The notes: generated from the sequence alone by a model not told the origin. Positions 48,956 to 63,025 are shown, numbered from the whole stretch's first letter. The stretch is 63,496 bases of DNA, filler included, from Chiloscyllium plagiosum (GCF_004010195.1; 6 parts of one record of this genome joined end to end with filler, not necessarily neighbours in it), one strand, 5' to 3'. Translations and numbers: made by a program.

Positions 48956-51656
48956 NNNNNNNNNNNNNNNNNNNNNNNNNNNNNNNNNNNNNNNNNNNNT
49001 TAATTAATTAANNNNNNNNNNNNNNNNNNNNNNNNNNNNNNNNNNNNNNNNNNNNGAGTGCATCAGTAACAGGGGGTCAATACTCAGCCAGTGCCTTTGT
49101 GTACGTGTTCAGAATTGAGGGAGTCCTACTCAATTAGAGGTTCACTCGTGAGATATTGAAGCACTGTCTGTGGTTTAGTAATCAGACATTGAAATGAAAA
49201 GAAGTGTCTGATTGCTGGAGGTTCAGTCCTGTGGCAGTGATTTGTCACAGAGTGAGTCCTACAGTATTGTCTGGGAATTGACAGAATACCAGAGCCCAGT
49301 TCTTCAATTTAGTGTCCTACTCTAATTCTTCCATTTAGTATTGTCCTACCCTAATTCCCTCATTCATTGTGACGCAACATCAATTGTCCCGTTATCACAT
49401 ATCCTTCACCCAATTCTCAAATTCAGATAAGATCTAGCACAATTATTCCATTTAGTAATTCTCTGCAATGATTGTCACTTTCTGTGGCCCCCGATCAGAA
49501 TTTTTAAAATTAGGTATGGACGAGTGGGTCTGAAGGATTTATTTCCGTGCTGAGCGTTTCTATGATTCTATTTAGGCCTCACCTGCCCTCCACTAGTTCT
49601 CACTTTAAACAATCCTGAAAAAATCCCTGAATTGCACCAATTTTCCCATTGAGCATTATCGTGCCAATTTCTCACACTTTTACTTTAATGGCACCGGCTT
49701 GGATTCTCCAATAATTGATGCCCTGCATCCAAACTTGTTTTTTTCCCTGATACACTTCTTCCAGATACTTGGTCCCTACCCAACTTTATTTTCATTTGTT
49801 GGTACGTTGAATCGCATCTCCACTTTATTAATTATTGCGACATTTCAACTTTTCACTGATTCCCTGCCCCATTCTCCCATTTATATGTCCTCTGCTTAAA
49901 TTTCTAATATATTGGCTCTCCCACCAATTTTCAAATGTAATGATCTGTCCACATCTCCATTTACTGATGTCCACCAATTTTTCAATTTAATCATACCACT
50001 ATACTAATCCTTCCATTTCCTGAAGAAATAGGCCAAAACTACCATTTAGCTATTTGCTAATCTAATTCTCCCATTTACTGGTAGCGAGCCCCAATTCTAA
50101 CATGCCATTTAGTGTTTCCCTGGAAAACGTCTCCCATTTCGTAGCTTACTGTCAGAATTCTTTAATCGTGGTGTCCCTAGTATCAAATCCCCCTTTAATG
50201 GTCAACTGCACCAACTCTCCCATTGAGTATTGTCTTACCCCCATTCTCCCATTATTTGTTCCCTATTACACATCCCCCACATAACAGTGCCATTCTAAAA
50301 TTGTTTTATTTTCATTTAGTCTATCAAGTCTCCATCTGATTCCTCCTTTTGCAACATTGACCTTATTTGCTGATTCCCTGCCCATGTTTACCAATGAACA
50401 CATGATTTGCTCCAATTGCCTGCGTTATTGGCATCCTACACAAATTCTCCCATTTTCTGATGTCCTGAAAATGTGCTGTACAAACTGTTGCTTGACATCA
50501 ATTCGCGAATTTAGTGATTCTCCCATTTACGGGTGCACAAGTTTAATTCTCCCATTCAGCATTGTCCAGCCCCGTAACTCCTAGTTTATGCTACACTGCA
50601 CCAATTCTCCCATTTGGTGTTGCAATATTTCAGTACACACCCTGAAACCAGAAGGAGCAAGCAATTGGTCGATACGGAGGCATGCCTCATTGCGTTCGGG
50701 TCAGAATTGAGACATTGCCACAGGATGAGAGGGTCAGTACTGAGGTATCATTGCTCTAACAAAGCATCAGTATTAAAGTACTGAAGCACTGTGCGAGCTT
50801 AAACACTGAGAGTGCCTCTCATTGTCAGACGGTCAGAATTGCGTGTGTGCATTATTGTCAAAGCATTAATCCTGAGGCAGTGCCTCATGATGCAGGAGTC
50901 AGGAATGAGGGCGTACGATGATTAGTGGGGCAACACCAAGTTATTGCAGATCTATTAGAGGGTCTGTCCTGCCTGAGTGCCTCATTATCACAGGGTCCAT
51001 TCTGAGGCAGGGCCTTCTGTTGGAGGCTAAATGCTGGGAATGCACCTCATAGCATGGGTATCGGAATTGTGATAGTGTCACACATTTAAAGGGTCAGTGC
51101 TGAGAGTGCAGCAAAGTGAGATTCCCGACTGCTGGAGACCTCACGATCAATACTGAGGGAGTGTGTTATTTTTAGATGTTCATACCTCAGAGTGAGCCTC
51201 ATTCTCGGAGAATTGGTTCAGAGGCAGTGCGTTACCGTAATTGGGTTTTGCATAAAGGAATGTTGCACGAATAAAGGATCAGTAGTAAGGTATTACAGCA
51301 CTGTCAACAGGGAATTCGTTGTGCAGGAGGGTCTCTTTATTAGAAGTTCTGTCCTTCCGGAATTTCTCATTGTGAGGGAGTGTTGAGAATTTGCCCCACT
51401 ATTACATGGTCAATATTGGATGTTTCAGGGTCATATGAACTGAGGGTCAACGCTATGAGAGTGCCTTAATGTCAGAACACCATTACTTTGTCATCTGATT
51501 CGATCCGAGGCAGTACCGAAAGGGAATGCTGTCAGAACTGAGGGAGAGTTACAGGATTATAAGGTGAGTACTTAGGTAATCAAGCTTTGTCACTGGTTCA
51601 GATGTTTGGGAATGTATTATTATCATCGGAGGGTCAATACTGACTCAGTGCCTTTT

Positions 51657-51975
51657 TTAAAGATGCGATTCTCGACAGTGTGTAAACAGCCTCTTCAGCC
51701 CATCAACTCCACACTGCCCTTGCGAAGAGAAACCCACCCAAACACATTCCCTTACCATATATTTACCCCTGACTAACGCACCTACTATTTCCATGGCCAA
51801 CTCAGCTAACTTGCACATTTTTGGATGAGGAAGGAAACCGGAGCACTCAGAGGAAACCCACGCAGACATGGGGAGAATGTGCAAACGGCACACAAACAGT
51901 CGCCTGATGCTGGAATTGAACCTTGGACCCTGGTGCCAAGAGGCAGAAGTGCTAACCACTGAGCCACCATGCCGC
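51657..51975 (-). mobile_element. HE1-like V-SINE, near full length
   Basis: GGAATTGAACCTTGGACCCTGGTGCCAAGAGGCAGAAGTGCTAACCACTGAGCCACCATGCCGC is the reverse complement of the tRNA-like head. Confidence 0.88.
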
Positions 51976-54900
51976 TTATAGGGACGTTCAGAATTGTGCG
52001 AATGGTGCCCATTCAAATTTCAGTTCTGAGGTAGTGCTATATTGTCAGAAGGTCAGTTCTGTCGGTGGGCCTCATTAGCAGATGGTTAGTATTGAGGCAG
52101 TGCCTCACTGTTTAAGCACCCGATCTGAAACACTATGAAATTTTAAGAGGGCAGAGTTGAGTGAGTAAAAGATGTTTGGAAACAGTGCCACATTGTCAGA
52201 GGGTGCGAAATGAGAGATTGTATTAAAGATTTTCAATACTGACCTTTTGTTTCGCTGTTATGGTCAGAATTGAGGGAATGCGGTACAATTTGACCGCCAG
52301 TGATAGACATTCAATACCGATTTGGAGCCTCAGTGCCATAGGGTCAAAAGTGAGGGATTGCCTCAATGTCGGAGTGTTTGTTCTGAGGCTGTGCCCCTTT
52401 GTGAGCAGGTTACTACTGACGCACTGTCTCAAAGCAAAGGAGTCAAAACTGAGGATGCGCCACACAACTGGAGGATTGGCTTGAGTTCTTGCAGCGCCAT
52501 CAGAAGGTCAAATCTGAAGGAATGTCTCATTAGCAGAGAGCCAGTACTGAGTCAGTCCCGAAGGGAGTGCTTGCATTGAGAGAGTCAGGACTGACAGTAT
52601 AGCACTGACAAGGGGTCAACATTGAGAGGGGGGCATTGTGATAATCTTTCAATTACTCATGCCCTGCAGTAGTTTTCCAATTCATTGCCGTCCTGTTTCT
52701 TTTGTTTCTGTTCCGTTGATCTGAATTATTAGCCCCTTGCACCAGTTAGAACCAGTCCTTCAAGTTACTGACACCATACATCAACTGTCCTGCAGAATTT
52801 CCAGATGAACTGCACCAAATTCTTTCATTGAGTACCTCTCTGCAACAATTTGCCATTGGCGGTACCTTGACATTACTGCTCAATATTTCTCTGCATTTAG
52901 TGGTGCCTTGGCGCAATTCTGTAATGTCTTCCCACCATGTAACAATTCTCCCATTTATACATATCCCACCACAAGTCTTCAATTTTTTGATAGCATATTC
53001 CAAATTCCCCCATTTAGATATGCCCGAGCCCAATTGTTCCATTTAGTCATTCCCTGCAATTATTCTTTTGCTGTCAGCATCTTTAAATTTTGACGTACAC
53101 GGCACCGATATTATCATTTATTGATGCATCAATTCTTCCATCTGATGCTTCTCTGCAAAAATACTCCATATTTTGGAGGCCTGCCGAAAATTTCCCATTT
53201 AGTTTCAACTTGCAATAGTCCTATTTACTGATTCCTTGACGCTATTCTACCATTTATTGTGGTCTTCTTTAATCCTCTAATTTAGTCGTACTGCGCACTA
53301 TATCGCACTTACGGATACCCTGGTCCAGTTCTCCCATTTAGCGATGCCTTACACCAATTGGAAGAGGTCCACGTGATGAGAGGGTCATGAATGTGAGCTG
53401 GTCAGAACTGTGGGATGGCATGATTGTCAGAGGGTGAGTAAAGATGGACTGCATCACTGTCAGATGAGAGAATCCTTCATTGTGAGAGTGGTTAAAATGT
53501 GGGAGTGTCACACGATGAGACGTTCAGTGCTGAGGTAACAGCATTATCAGATTATCAGCGAGATATGCAACACTGTCAGATTGTCAGACAGATGGAGTAA
53601 CCGCTGATAATGAGACGTTGCCTCTGAAATTATCCACTGACTGTGGTGCAAATATTCTCAGGACTTACTCTCCAAATGTGCATTACTCCTTCAGTGCTGA
53701 CCCTGTGATAATGAGGACCTCCATCAATATTGAGTCCCTGACAATGAGGGATTTCCCCGGACTCAGACTCCAGCAACGAGGTACTTTTTCAGAATCAAGC
53801 TGCCGAAAATCAGGCGCTCATTCAGTACTGACTCCCCCGATCATGAGGGTGACGCTTTATACTGACCCTCTGACAATAATGTGCTCCTTCAGTGTTGACC
53901 CTCTCGAAAATGATACTTATTCAGAACTGGTCGTGAATGTGAGGCACACCCTCGATTTTGTCCCCTCCAATAAGGCACTGCCGGCGAATGACTATTTCAT
54001 CAAAATTGAAGCTCTGAAATGAATCTCTCCCTCAGGACTGAACTCTGAAATTGCAGCACATGCTGAGTACAGGCCTTCTCACACAACTGCACTAACTCAG
54101 GACAATGAGACACTGGCTTAGTATTGCCTCTGACAATGACACAGTCCCTCATACTGATGCTGTCATACTGCTGATCTTCCTGATTATCGAACTTGCAATC
54201 GTGTGCCACCCCCTCTATGCAACCCCTTTTAATGACGCACTGCCTGAGTATTGACTGTCTGACAATAATGACTCCTACATTTCTCACCATCTGGCAGTGC
54301 TGCAACATGTCATGACTGACCCTCTGATGGAGCTGTTATACCTCAATACTGCATCGGACACACGAACTATAAGACATGCCCACAGTACTGAGTATGTGAC
54401 AGTGTCGGAACACCTCAGTTCTGATCCTCTCACGAAGCTGTGATACCTCAGTACTGACCTACTTATGTCCCCACCCACCTCCCCCATTGAGGGATTGGCT
54501 CATTATTGACCATCTCTTTCTGATGCACTCCCTTCGAAATGAAACCCTCACAATCAAATATTGCTTCAGATCTGACCTACTGGTAGAATGCTGCTCCATT
54601 AGTTTTGACCCTATGGCTGTGAGACATTCCGTCAGTATTATTACTCTGACAATGAGGCCCATCCACAGTACTGTCTGACAGCATTGCAAAACCTCAGTAT
54701 TTAATCTGTCGAGGTTTGGCACTCCTTCAATTCTGAGCCAATTAAATTGAGGCATTGGCTTGATTTGATCCTCAGTCAATGATATATTGGCACAGTCCTG
54801 ACCCTTTTCCTCAGAACAATGAAGAATATTCTCAAGACTGACATTCCAGCAATGACTGTGCACCCTTTATAACCGGTCACAGAGAGGTACTTCCTCAAAC

Positions 54901-57900
54901 TGAGCCTTTTGACTTATGTGGCATTCCCTCAATTCTGGTCCTCTGATAGCGCAGCAGTACCTCAGTACTATGCCTCGAGTCGAGGAGTATTTTCAAAATT
55001 CTGACCTCCTAACATTTCGGCACTGCTCAGAAAAGACCCTCTGAGAATGACCACAGTCTAAGAACTAAATCTCTGACAGTAACACACTCCCTCTGAACGT
55101 ACCATCTGATAGAATCACAATATCTTATCACTCACCATATAATGGTGCTGCCCACTCTCAGTTGTAACTCCAATACAATGAGACACTGGGTCAGTATGAC
55201 CCTATGATTAATGCACTCAGAACTGCCAATGATAGGCTGCCTCTGGACTGCCCTTTGACAATGTGACACTCACTCAAATCTGACGATATTAAGATGAGCA
55301 TTTTCTCAGTATTTACTCTATGCCAGCGTTGCAGTCCCGCAGTACTAACTCTCCGACAAAGAGGCACCACCTGAGAACTGACCTATGACATTGACACAAT
55401 GTCTCTGAGCTGACCCACCGACAGTAGTGGAACATCACTGGACTGACAGCCCAAATCTATGGCAAAAACTTAATACTGACTACACTACAATGCTGTACTT
55501 CCACAATTCTGACTCTCTAAAAATAATGGACTCCGTCAGTACGAGCGTCAGAACTGAGAAAGTGCCACATTGCTGGAGATTCTGTCTTGATGGGGCATTT
55601 CGTTGTCAAGGAATCTGCCACTGTTCTAGCCTATTAAACAGCACATCATTATCAAACTGTCGCCTCAGACGATCCTCCTTCGTACGAAAGCTCTAATAGA
55701 GAAGCAATACCTCAGTACATACACAGACATACTCTAAGAAATGAAAGTCCAAAAAAAGGCTCTCCCATAGTCTTAACCTTCTGATTATTAGGTTTTTCTT
55801 CACGGCTGACAATGCTACTCGACCTCAGGACTAATGCTTTCAACGTTTGACACAAAATTAGTTATGATCCCCTTCTAATGGGGTAATGCCTCACTATCAA
55901 ATCTCTTTGAAAGAAGCACTTCTTCATTACTGACGCTATCAAAATGTGTCACTGCCCGATAATTGATCTGCTATCATTCCTGTGACGAACCCATACTGAC
56001 CCTGCAATGGTTTAGTACTTGATCAATGCTGACATTCTTAGAAAGAACCATTGCTTCAGTATTGACACTCTGACAATTTTGTTTTAATCCTCTGAACGTT
56101 CTGCTATTCCTGTGTACTGTTGCTCTGACAGCACTTCAATATCTCCATGTTCATTCTCTGAAAAATGAGGCACTCCTTCAGCACTGATCAGACGATAGAA
56201 CGACAATGCAGCTCCTCAGTAATGACTCTTCATATGTGAAGCACTACCTCAGTTGTGACACTATTACAAAGACATTGCCACAGTATTGACCATCAGACAA
56301 TCAGCAGTTCCCTCATGTTATAATTGTTCTTAACCTCGCAAATCTGACCTGCTATGAATGAAGTACTGCCTCATTACTGGGCATTTCAAGTGCATGCAGT
56401 CACTCAGGACCGACGTCCTAACAAACTGGCATTGTCTTGGAACTGACCCTGTAACAACGGGTAAATGGCTGAGAAGTCACCTTTATACAACGAGGCATTT
56501 CCTCAAAACTTACCCTCTAAAAGTAATTAAGTCCAACATTTATGTGCTCCGACAGTGGCACGCTACCTGGCGTCAGCATTCCGTCTTGCATTTTTGGAGA
56601 CTCATTATTGAAAGACTGTTGTACTGTCGGACAGTCAGTACTGTGGGCGTGCTGCACTGTCGTAGGTGCAGGAATGCGGACATACCAGACTGTCGGAGAG
56701 TGAGTAATGCAGTGTCGGAGGGTCCACATTACGGGAGCTTTTCACTATCAGAGGCTCAATGATGGGATGTTTCTGGTGTGTCACAGAGTTCGTGCTGAAT
56801 TTTCGCAGTGTTATCGCTGAGGGAGCTCCGAAGGGACAATATTAATGGATTGCTGCAATGTCACTGGTTCATCACTCAGGATGTTCACCCTCTGCCAAAG
56901 TGATATTGCCTCAAATCGACATTCTGACAACGAGGCATGGACTCAGGACTGACTGTCTGACAGTGCTGCACGACCTCAGTACTGATCCTAGAAATGTGTG
57001 GCACTCTTTCAATTTTGACCAATTCTCATGAGACTCAATTTAATACTCTGACAATAAGGCCCTCCCACAGCACTGATCTTTGACAGATCTGCAATACCTC
57101 AGTCCTGGCCTCTAATCATTTCTTCAGTACTGATTAGCTGACAAGAGGCCCACCGTCAGAACTGACCCACGAAGAAAGAGGCAGTCCCTCAATACTGACC
57201 CTCTGATTGATCCTCAATTTCCCTGCTCTGACCATCAAATCACAAGGCATACCCTCAATTTGAACTCCATTACAATGTTGCACACGCTGGCCTGACACAC
57301 TGATATTACGTTCGTCCCACAAAAACGATGCTCACGCCGTGTTCCAAACTTCAGTTCTCAACGCTCGAACCATGCAGAACTCCCTCAATTTTTACCCCAT
57401 TATATTGAGGCACTGCCTCCGAACAGACTCACTGAAAATGCGGCATATTCTCAGAACTGAATCTCTGACGATACGAATGTTCTCAATTTTCACTATCTTA
57501 TCATAATGCATTCCTTCATTAGTGACTATCCATCAATACAGCACAGCCTCAGTACTGGCCTACTGACAGTGCTGTACTACCTCAGGACTGACGCTGTAAA
57601 TGTCTGATACCCCACCCTCAATTCGGAGTTCCTTATGATAACGCACTGCCTCATTATTGAACCTCAGACAAAGCATGACTTATTCGGAAGTGACCCTCAG
57701 AGAATGAGGAATTGTCCCAGGACTTGCCCTCTATGGAAGCTGAGTAAACTACTCAGTCCTGACCATGTAACAGGGAGACACATCCTCAGTTCTGAATCCC
57801 ATACAATAAGGTACTTATTCAGGACTGACTTTCTAGAAATGAGGCGCTCTTTCAGTACTGACGTGCTGACATTTCGGCTCTCCCTCAGAGCCGATCCTTT

Positions 57901-57924
57901 AACAGTGCTGTAATTCTGTGACAT

Positions 57925-58255
57925 AGAGGCTCGGTGCGTTGCACTAATGTTTCACAGCGCCAGAGACCCAGGTTCGATTCTAGTCTCAGGCGACTCTTTA
58001 TGTGGAGTTTGCACATTCTTCCCGTGTCTGAATGTGCGTCGGTTGGGTTTTCTGGTCTTTTCCCATAGTTCAAAGATTTGCAAGTTAGGTGAATTGGCCA
58101 TGTAAAATTGCCCACAATGTTCAGAATATGGAGGTTCTGCGCATTAATTACGTCGAGAAGTAGTGCAATGTGTTCGGTGAATGGGTCTGTATGGTTTACA
58201 CTTCACAGGTCCGGCGTGGACTTTATTGGACTTAATGATTTGTTTCCACATTGTA
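57925..58255 (+). mobile_element. Degenerate HE1-like V-SINE
   Basis: CACAGCGCCAGAGACCCAGGTTCGATTC...TGTGGAGTTTGCACATTC...GAATTGGCCATGTAAAATTGCCC. Confidence 0.85.
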
Positions 58256-58456
58256 GTGATGCTGTAAAGAGGTACTGGCCAGCACTGACACACTGTTACT
58301 CATGCAATTCCTCTGTTCTCACCCTCTGACTGTGACACAATGCCAAAATACTGACCNNNNNNNNNNNNNNNNNNNNNNNNNNNNNNNNNNNNNNNNNNNN
58401 TTAATTAATTAANNNNNNNNNNNNNNNNNNNNNNNNNNNNNNNNNNNNNNNNNNNN

Positions 58457-61400
58457 TGTCGGGCCGTGATGGTTACTGTGCAGTGGGAGGGATGTCGGAT
58501 AATGATGGTTACTGTACAGTGGGCGGTATGACGGGTCGTGATGGTTACTGTACAATGGTTGATATATCGGGCCGTGATGGTTACTATACAGTGGGAGTTA
58601 TGGCGGATCGTGATGGTTACTGTACAGTGGGAGGGATGTCGGGCCGTGAGGGTTACTGTACATTGGGAGGTATATCAGGCCGTGATGGTTACTGTACAGT
58701 GGGAGGAATGTCGGAAAATGATCGTTACTGTACAGTGGAAGGTTTGTCGGTCCGTGATGGTTCCTGAACAGTGGGAGGTATGTCGGGAAATGATGGTTAC
58801 TGTACAGTGGGAGTTGTGTCAGGGTGTGATTATTATTGTACAGTGGGATGTATGTGGGGCCGTGATGGTGACTGTACAGTGGGAGGTGTGCCGGGCCGTG
58901 ACGGTTAATGTACAGTGGGAGGTATGCCGGACCGTGATGGTTACAGTACAGTGGGAGGTATGTCGGGTCCTGATGGTTACAGTGCAGTGGGAGGTATGTG
59001 GGGCCGTGATGGTTACTGTGCAGTGTGAGGTATGCCCGGCCATGATGGTTAATGGACAGTGGGAGGTGTGTCAGGCCATGATGGTTACTGTACAGTGGGA
59101 TGTATGTCGGGCCGTGATGGTTACTGTACAGCAGGAGGTGTGTCAGGGTGTGATTGTTATTGTACAGTGGGAGGTATGTTGGGCCGTGATGGTTACTGTA
59201 CAGTGGGAGGTATGTCGGGCAGTGATGGGTACTGTACAGTGGGAGGTATGAAGGCCCGTGATGGTTACTGTACAGCGGGAGGTGTGTCAGGGTGTGATTG
59301 TTATTGTACAGTGGGAGGTATGTTGGTCTGTGATGATTACTGTACAGTGTGAGGTATGCCGGACCGTGATGGTTACAGTACAGTGGGAGGTATGTCGGGT
59401 CGTGATGGTTACTGTCCAGTTGGAGGTAAGTCGGGCTGTGATGGTTACTGTACATTGGGATGTATGTCGGGCCGTGATGGTTGCTGTACATTGGGATGTA
59501 TTTCGGGCCGTGATGGTTACTGTACAGTGGGAGGTATGCCGGGCCGTTATGATTACTGTACAGTGGGAGGTATGTCGGTCCATAATTTATACTGTACAGT
59601 GGGAGGTATTTCGGGCCGGGAGGGTTACTGTACACTGGGAGGTACACCAGGCCGTGATGGTTACTGTACAGTGGGAGTTATGTCGGAAAATAATGGTTAC
59701 TGTACAGTGGGTGGTATGTCAGGCAGTGATGGTGACTGTACAGTGGAAGGTATGACGGTCTGTGATGGTTACTGTACAGCGGGAGATGTGTCAGGGTGTG
59801 ATTGTTATTTTACAGTGGGAGGTATGTTGGGCCGTGACGGTTACTGTACAGAGGGAGGTATGTTGGGCTGTGATGGTTACTGTACAGTGGGAGGTGTGCC
59901 GGGCCGTGATGGTTACTATACAGTGGGAGGTATTCCGGACCGTGATGGTTAAAGTACAGTGGGAGGTACGTCGGGTCGTGATGGTTACTGTACATTAGGA
60001 TGTATATATGGCCGTGATTGTTACTGTACAGTGGGAGGTATGTCGGGCCGCGATGGTTACTGTACAGTGGGAGTTATGTCGGATCGTGATGGTTACTGTA
60101 CAGTGGGAGATATGTCGAGCCGTGATGGTAACTGTACAGTGGGAGGTATGTCGTGCCGCGATGGTTACTGTACAGTGGGAGGTATGTCGGGCCGTGATGG
60201 TTACTGTACAGTGGCAGGTATGTTGGACCGTGACAGTTACTGTACAGTGGGAGGTATGTCGTGCCGCGATGGTTACTGTACAGTGGGAGTTATGTCGAAT
60301 CGTGATGGTTACTGTACAGTGGGAGATATGTCGAGCCGTGATGGTAACTGTACAGTGGGAGGTATGTCGTGCCGCGATGGTTACTGTACAGTGGGAGGTA
60401 TGTCGGGCTGTGACGGTTACTGTACAGTGTGAGGTATGCCGGACCGTGATGGTTACAGTACAGTGGGAGGTATGTCGGGTCGTGATGGTTACTGTGCAGT
60501 CGGAGGTAAGTCGGGCTGTGATGGTTACTGTACATTGGGATGTATGTCGGGCCGTGATGGTTGCTGTACATTGGGATGTATTTCGGGCCGTGATGGTTAC
60601 TGTACAGTGGCAGGTATGTTGGACCGTGACAGTTACTGTACAGTGGGAGGTATGTCGGCCCGTGACGGATACTGTACAGTGGGAGGTATGTCGGGCCGTG
60701 ATGGTTACTGTACGTTGGGATGTTTGTCGGGCCGTGATGGTTACTGTACGGTTGGAGGAAAGTCGCGGGCCGTGATGGTTACTGTACGGTTGGAGGAAAG
60801 TCGGGACGTGATGGTTGCTGTACAATGGGATGTATGTTGGACCGTGATGGTTACTGTACAGTGGGAGGTATGTCCGGCCGTGATGTTTGCTGTTAACTGG
60901 GAGATATGTCGGGCCGTGATCCTTACTGTCCAGTGGGAGTCATGTCGGGCCGTGATAGTTCCTGTACAGTGGGAGCTATGTTGGACCGTGACGGTTGCTG
61001 TACAGTGGGAGGTTTGTCGGGCCGTGATGGTTACTTTACATTGGGAGGTATGTCGGGGTGTAATGGTTACTGTACAGTGGGAGGTATGTCGGAAAATGAT
61101 GGTTACTGTACAGTGGGGCTATGTCGGGCCGCGATGGTTACTGTACATTGGGAGTTGTGTCAGGGTGTGATTGTTATTGTACAGTGGGAGGTATGTTGGG
61201 CCGTGATGGTTACTGTACAGAGGGAGGTCTGTCGGGGTGTAATGATTACTGTACAGTGGGAGATATTTCGGAAAATGATGTTTACTGTACACTGGGAGGT
61301 TTGTCGTTCCGTGATGATTACTGTACAGTGGGAGGTATGTCGGGCCGTGATGGTTACTGTACAGTGGGAGTTGTGTCAGGGTGTGATTGGTATTGTACAG

Positions 61401-61597
61401 TGGGAGGTATGTCGGGCCATAATGGTTAATGTACAGTGGGAGGTATTTCGGGCCTGGATGGTTACTGTACAGTGGGAGGTATATCGGACCGTGATGGTTT
61501 CTGAACAGTGGGAGGTATGTCGAAAAATAATGGTTCCTGTACAGTGGTTGTTATGTCGGGCAGTGATGGTTACTGTACAGTGGGAGGTATGTCGGAA
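58457..61597 (+). repeat. 36-bp tandem satellite, ~87 units, consensus TGTCGGGCCGTGATGGTTACTGTACAGTGGGAGGTA
   Basis: Head-to-tail units with no spacers fill the whole segment between two assembly spacers. Each unit contains the palindrome ACTGTACAGT. Confidence 0.97.
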
Positions 61598-61697
61598 NNN
61601 NNNNNNNNNNNNNNNNNNNNNNNNNNNNNNNNNNNNNNNNNTTAATTAATTAANNNNNNNNNNNNNNNNNNNNNNNNNNNNNNNNNNNNNNNNNNNN

Positions 61698-62002
61698 GAC
61701 TGGGATATCACTACTATTATAGGACAAGCCAAACAGAGAACAGCCAGGGAATTCCTAGAGACATGGCACTCATCCACAGATTCAATCAATAAGCACATCG
61801 ACCTGGACCCAATATACCGACCACTACAGCGGACAGCTGGAACTGACAACCGGAAGCGGCAGAGACAAACCACTACAAATGCCGGAGGAAAGATCACAGA
61901 AGCGCTTCACCGGAGGCTCCCAAGCACTTAGGATGTCACCTAGACAGGGTACGAAATGTCTGCAACACAAATTCCCAGCTCGGCGAACAGAACCACAACA
62001 CA
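61698..62002 (+). mobile_element. Penelope-like element 3' end: GIY-YIG C-terminus and terminal repeat with a mutated hammerhead
   Basis: DWDITTIIGQAKQRTAREFLETWHSSTDSINKHIDLDPIYRPL, followed by CTTAGGA-TGTCACCTAGACAGGGTAC-GAAA-TGTC (CTGAGGA core mutated). Confidence 0.85.
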
Positions 62003-62489
62003 GAAATTCTATGTTAATGCCATTCAAGGTAATGCATGAACCATGGAATAATTACACTGTGTTGATAGACTTGGACACAAATGAGATAATATTGTGTAGT
62101 CAGCCCACAGCCTTACATGTGCCACTGTTACGGAGTTTGTTATTCCTTGCCAGCCTTTCTACCCTGCACCCCCAGACTTTTCCAAAACACTCACTCATGT
62201 CCTGTCCTCAATTAACAGAGAAAGCAAGCTTCTGAGACAAGTCAGGGTTTATGATGCAGTCGAGATAGTACAGAGGAAAACCAAGAAGAAAGTGAGGGAC
62301 AAAGGTAGCATTTTCTGGCTCACCTTAAAGAAGTTCTGAAGTTCTTTTGTAAACATATTAGCTGTGAAAGAAAACGGATAGAAAATAATGGGGCAGTGGA
62401 GACTTGATAAGTCAATATGTGACATTGTGATAAAACTTCCAGGAACACCTCCAGGCAGATTCAGGAATCCCAACACTAGCCTTTTCTAT

Positions 62490-62700
62490 TCTATCCCATT
62501 TATTGCCCATCCCTAGTTGCCCTTGAAAAGGTGGTGGTGATCTGCCTTATTGAATGGCTGCAGTCGATAGACCCACAATGCTGTTAGGGAGGGAATTTCA
62601 AGATTTTGAATCAGTGAAGGAACAGGATGGTGGCTGGAAGGGGAACTTGTCGGGTGGTGTTCCCATGTCTTTGCTATTCACTGGGATGACCATCAAAAGC
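62490..62700 (-). mobile_element. Non-LTR retrotransposon 3' end; clade not determined
   Basis: Minus strand encodes LQPFNKADHHHLFKGN* followed by GGATGGGCAATAAATG, a recurrent shark LINE terminus as I recall it. Related decayed ORF2 pieces probably lie at ~40740-41810 (minus). Confidence 0.55.
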
Positions 62701-62949
62701 CTTTTGTCCCCACCTCCAATCATGTTATAATCAATAAACAGAGGTGAGTCAAAGAAAATGGAGAACAAAAATGCAATTAAAAGAAATTCCCATGTGTGTA
62801 TTCTCCTGGATAACTCACAGCAGTATCCGAGAGCTTTAAGCTTTAACACCTGGAAGTCATTGGGTAATCCTGATGGTTCGGTCATGTTAATTCCCTCTGA
62901 CAGTCACGTAGAGCCTTGGTTGGATAAGTGTAGTGTTAGCAGTGAACCA

Positions 62950-63025
62950 TTTTCTGATGAAGGGTCTTTAACTGAAATGTTCATTGTGCTTCTCATTCTC
63001 TGCTGCCTGATCTGCTGAGCTTTAC
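62950..63025 (+). mobile_element. PLE-type terminal-repeat remnant with a hammerhead-like motif
   Basis: CTGATGA-AGGGTCTTTAACT-GAAA-TGT followed by TGCTGCCTGATCTGCTGAGC. Confidence 0.55.

Larger units (their letters stand above)
49056..58356. repeat. Old composite satellite field: ~33-bp unit A (TCAGTACTGAGGGAGTGCTGCACTGTCAGAGGG-like) and ~29-bp unit B (CCAATTCTCCCATTTAGTGATGCCCTGCA-like)
   Basis: A forward at ~49056-49270, 50630-52640, 53360-53615 and 56590-56880. A reverse at ~53620-56560 and 56880-58356. B at ~49290-50625 and 52640-53360. Confidence 0.75.

Noticed and set aside
58457..61597. CRISPR array (36-bp repeat with an internal palindrome)
   Set aside because: Units are head-to-tail with no unique spacers, there are no cas genes, and the context is vertebrate.
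58483..61649. Long repetitive ORFs (up to 349 aa) as a Cys-rich structural protein gene
   Set aside because: Open in several frames on both strands because the unit is 36 bp with few stops. Frames break at indels, and no signal peptide or splice structure is visible.
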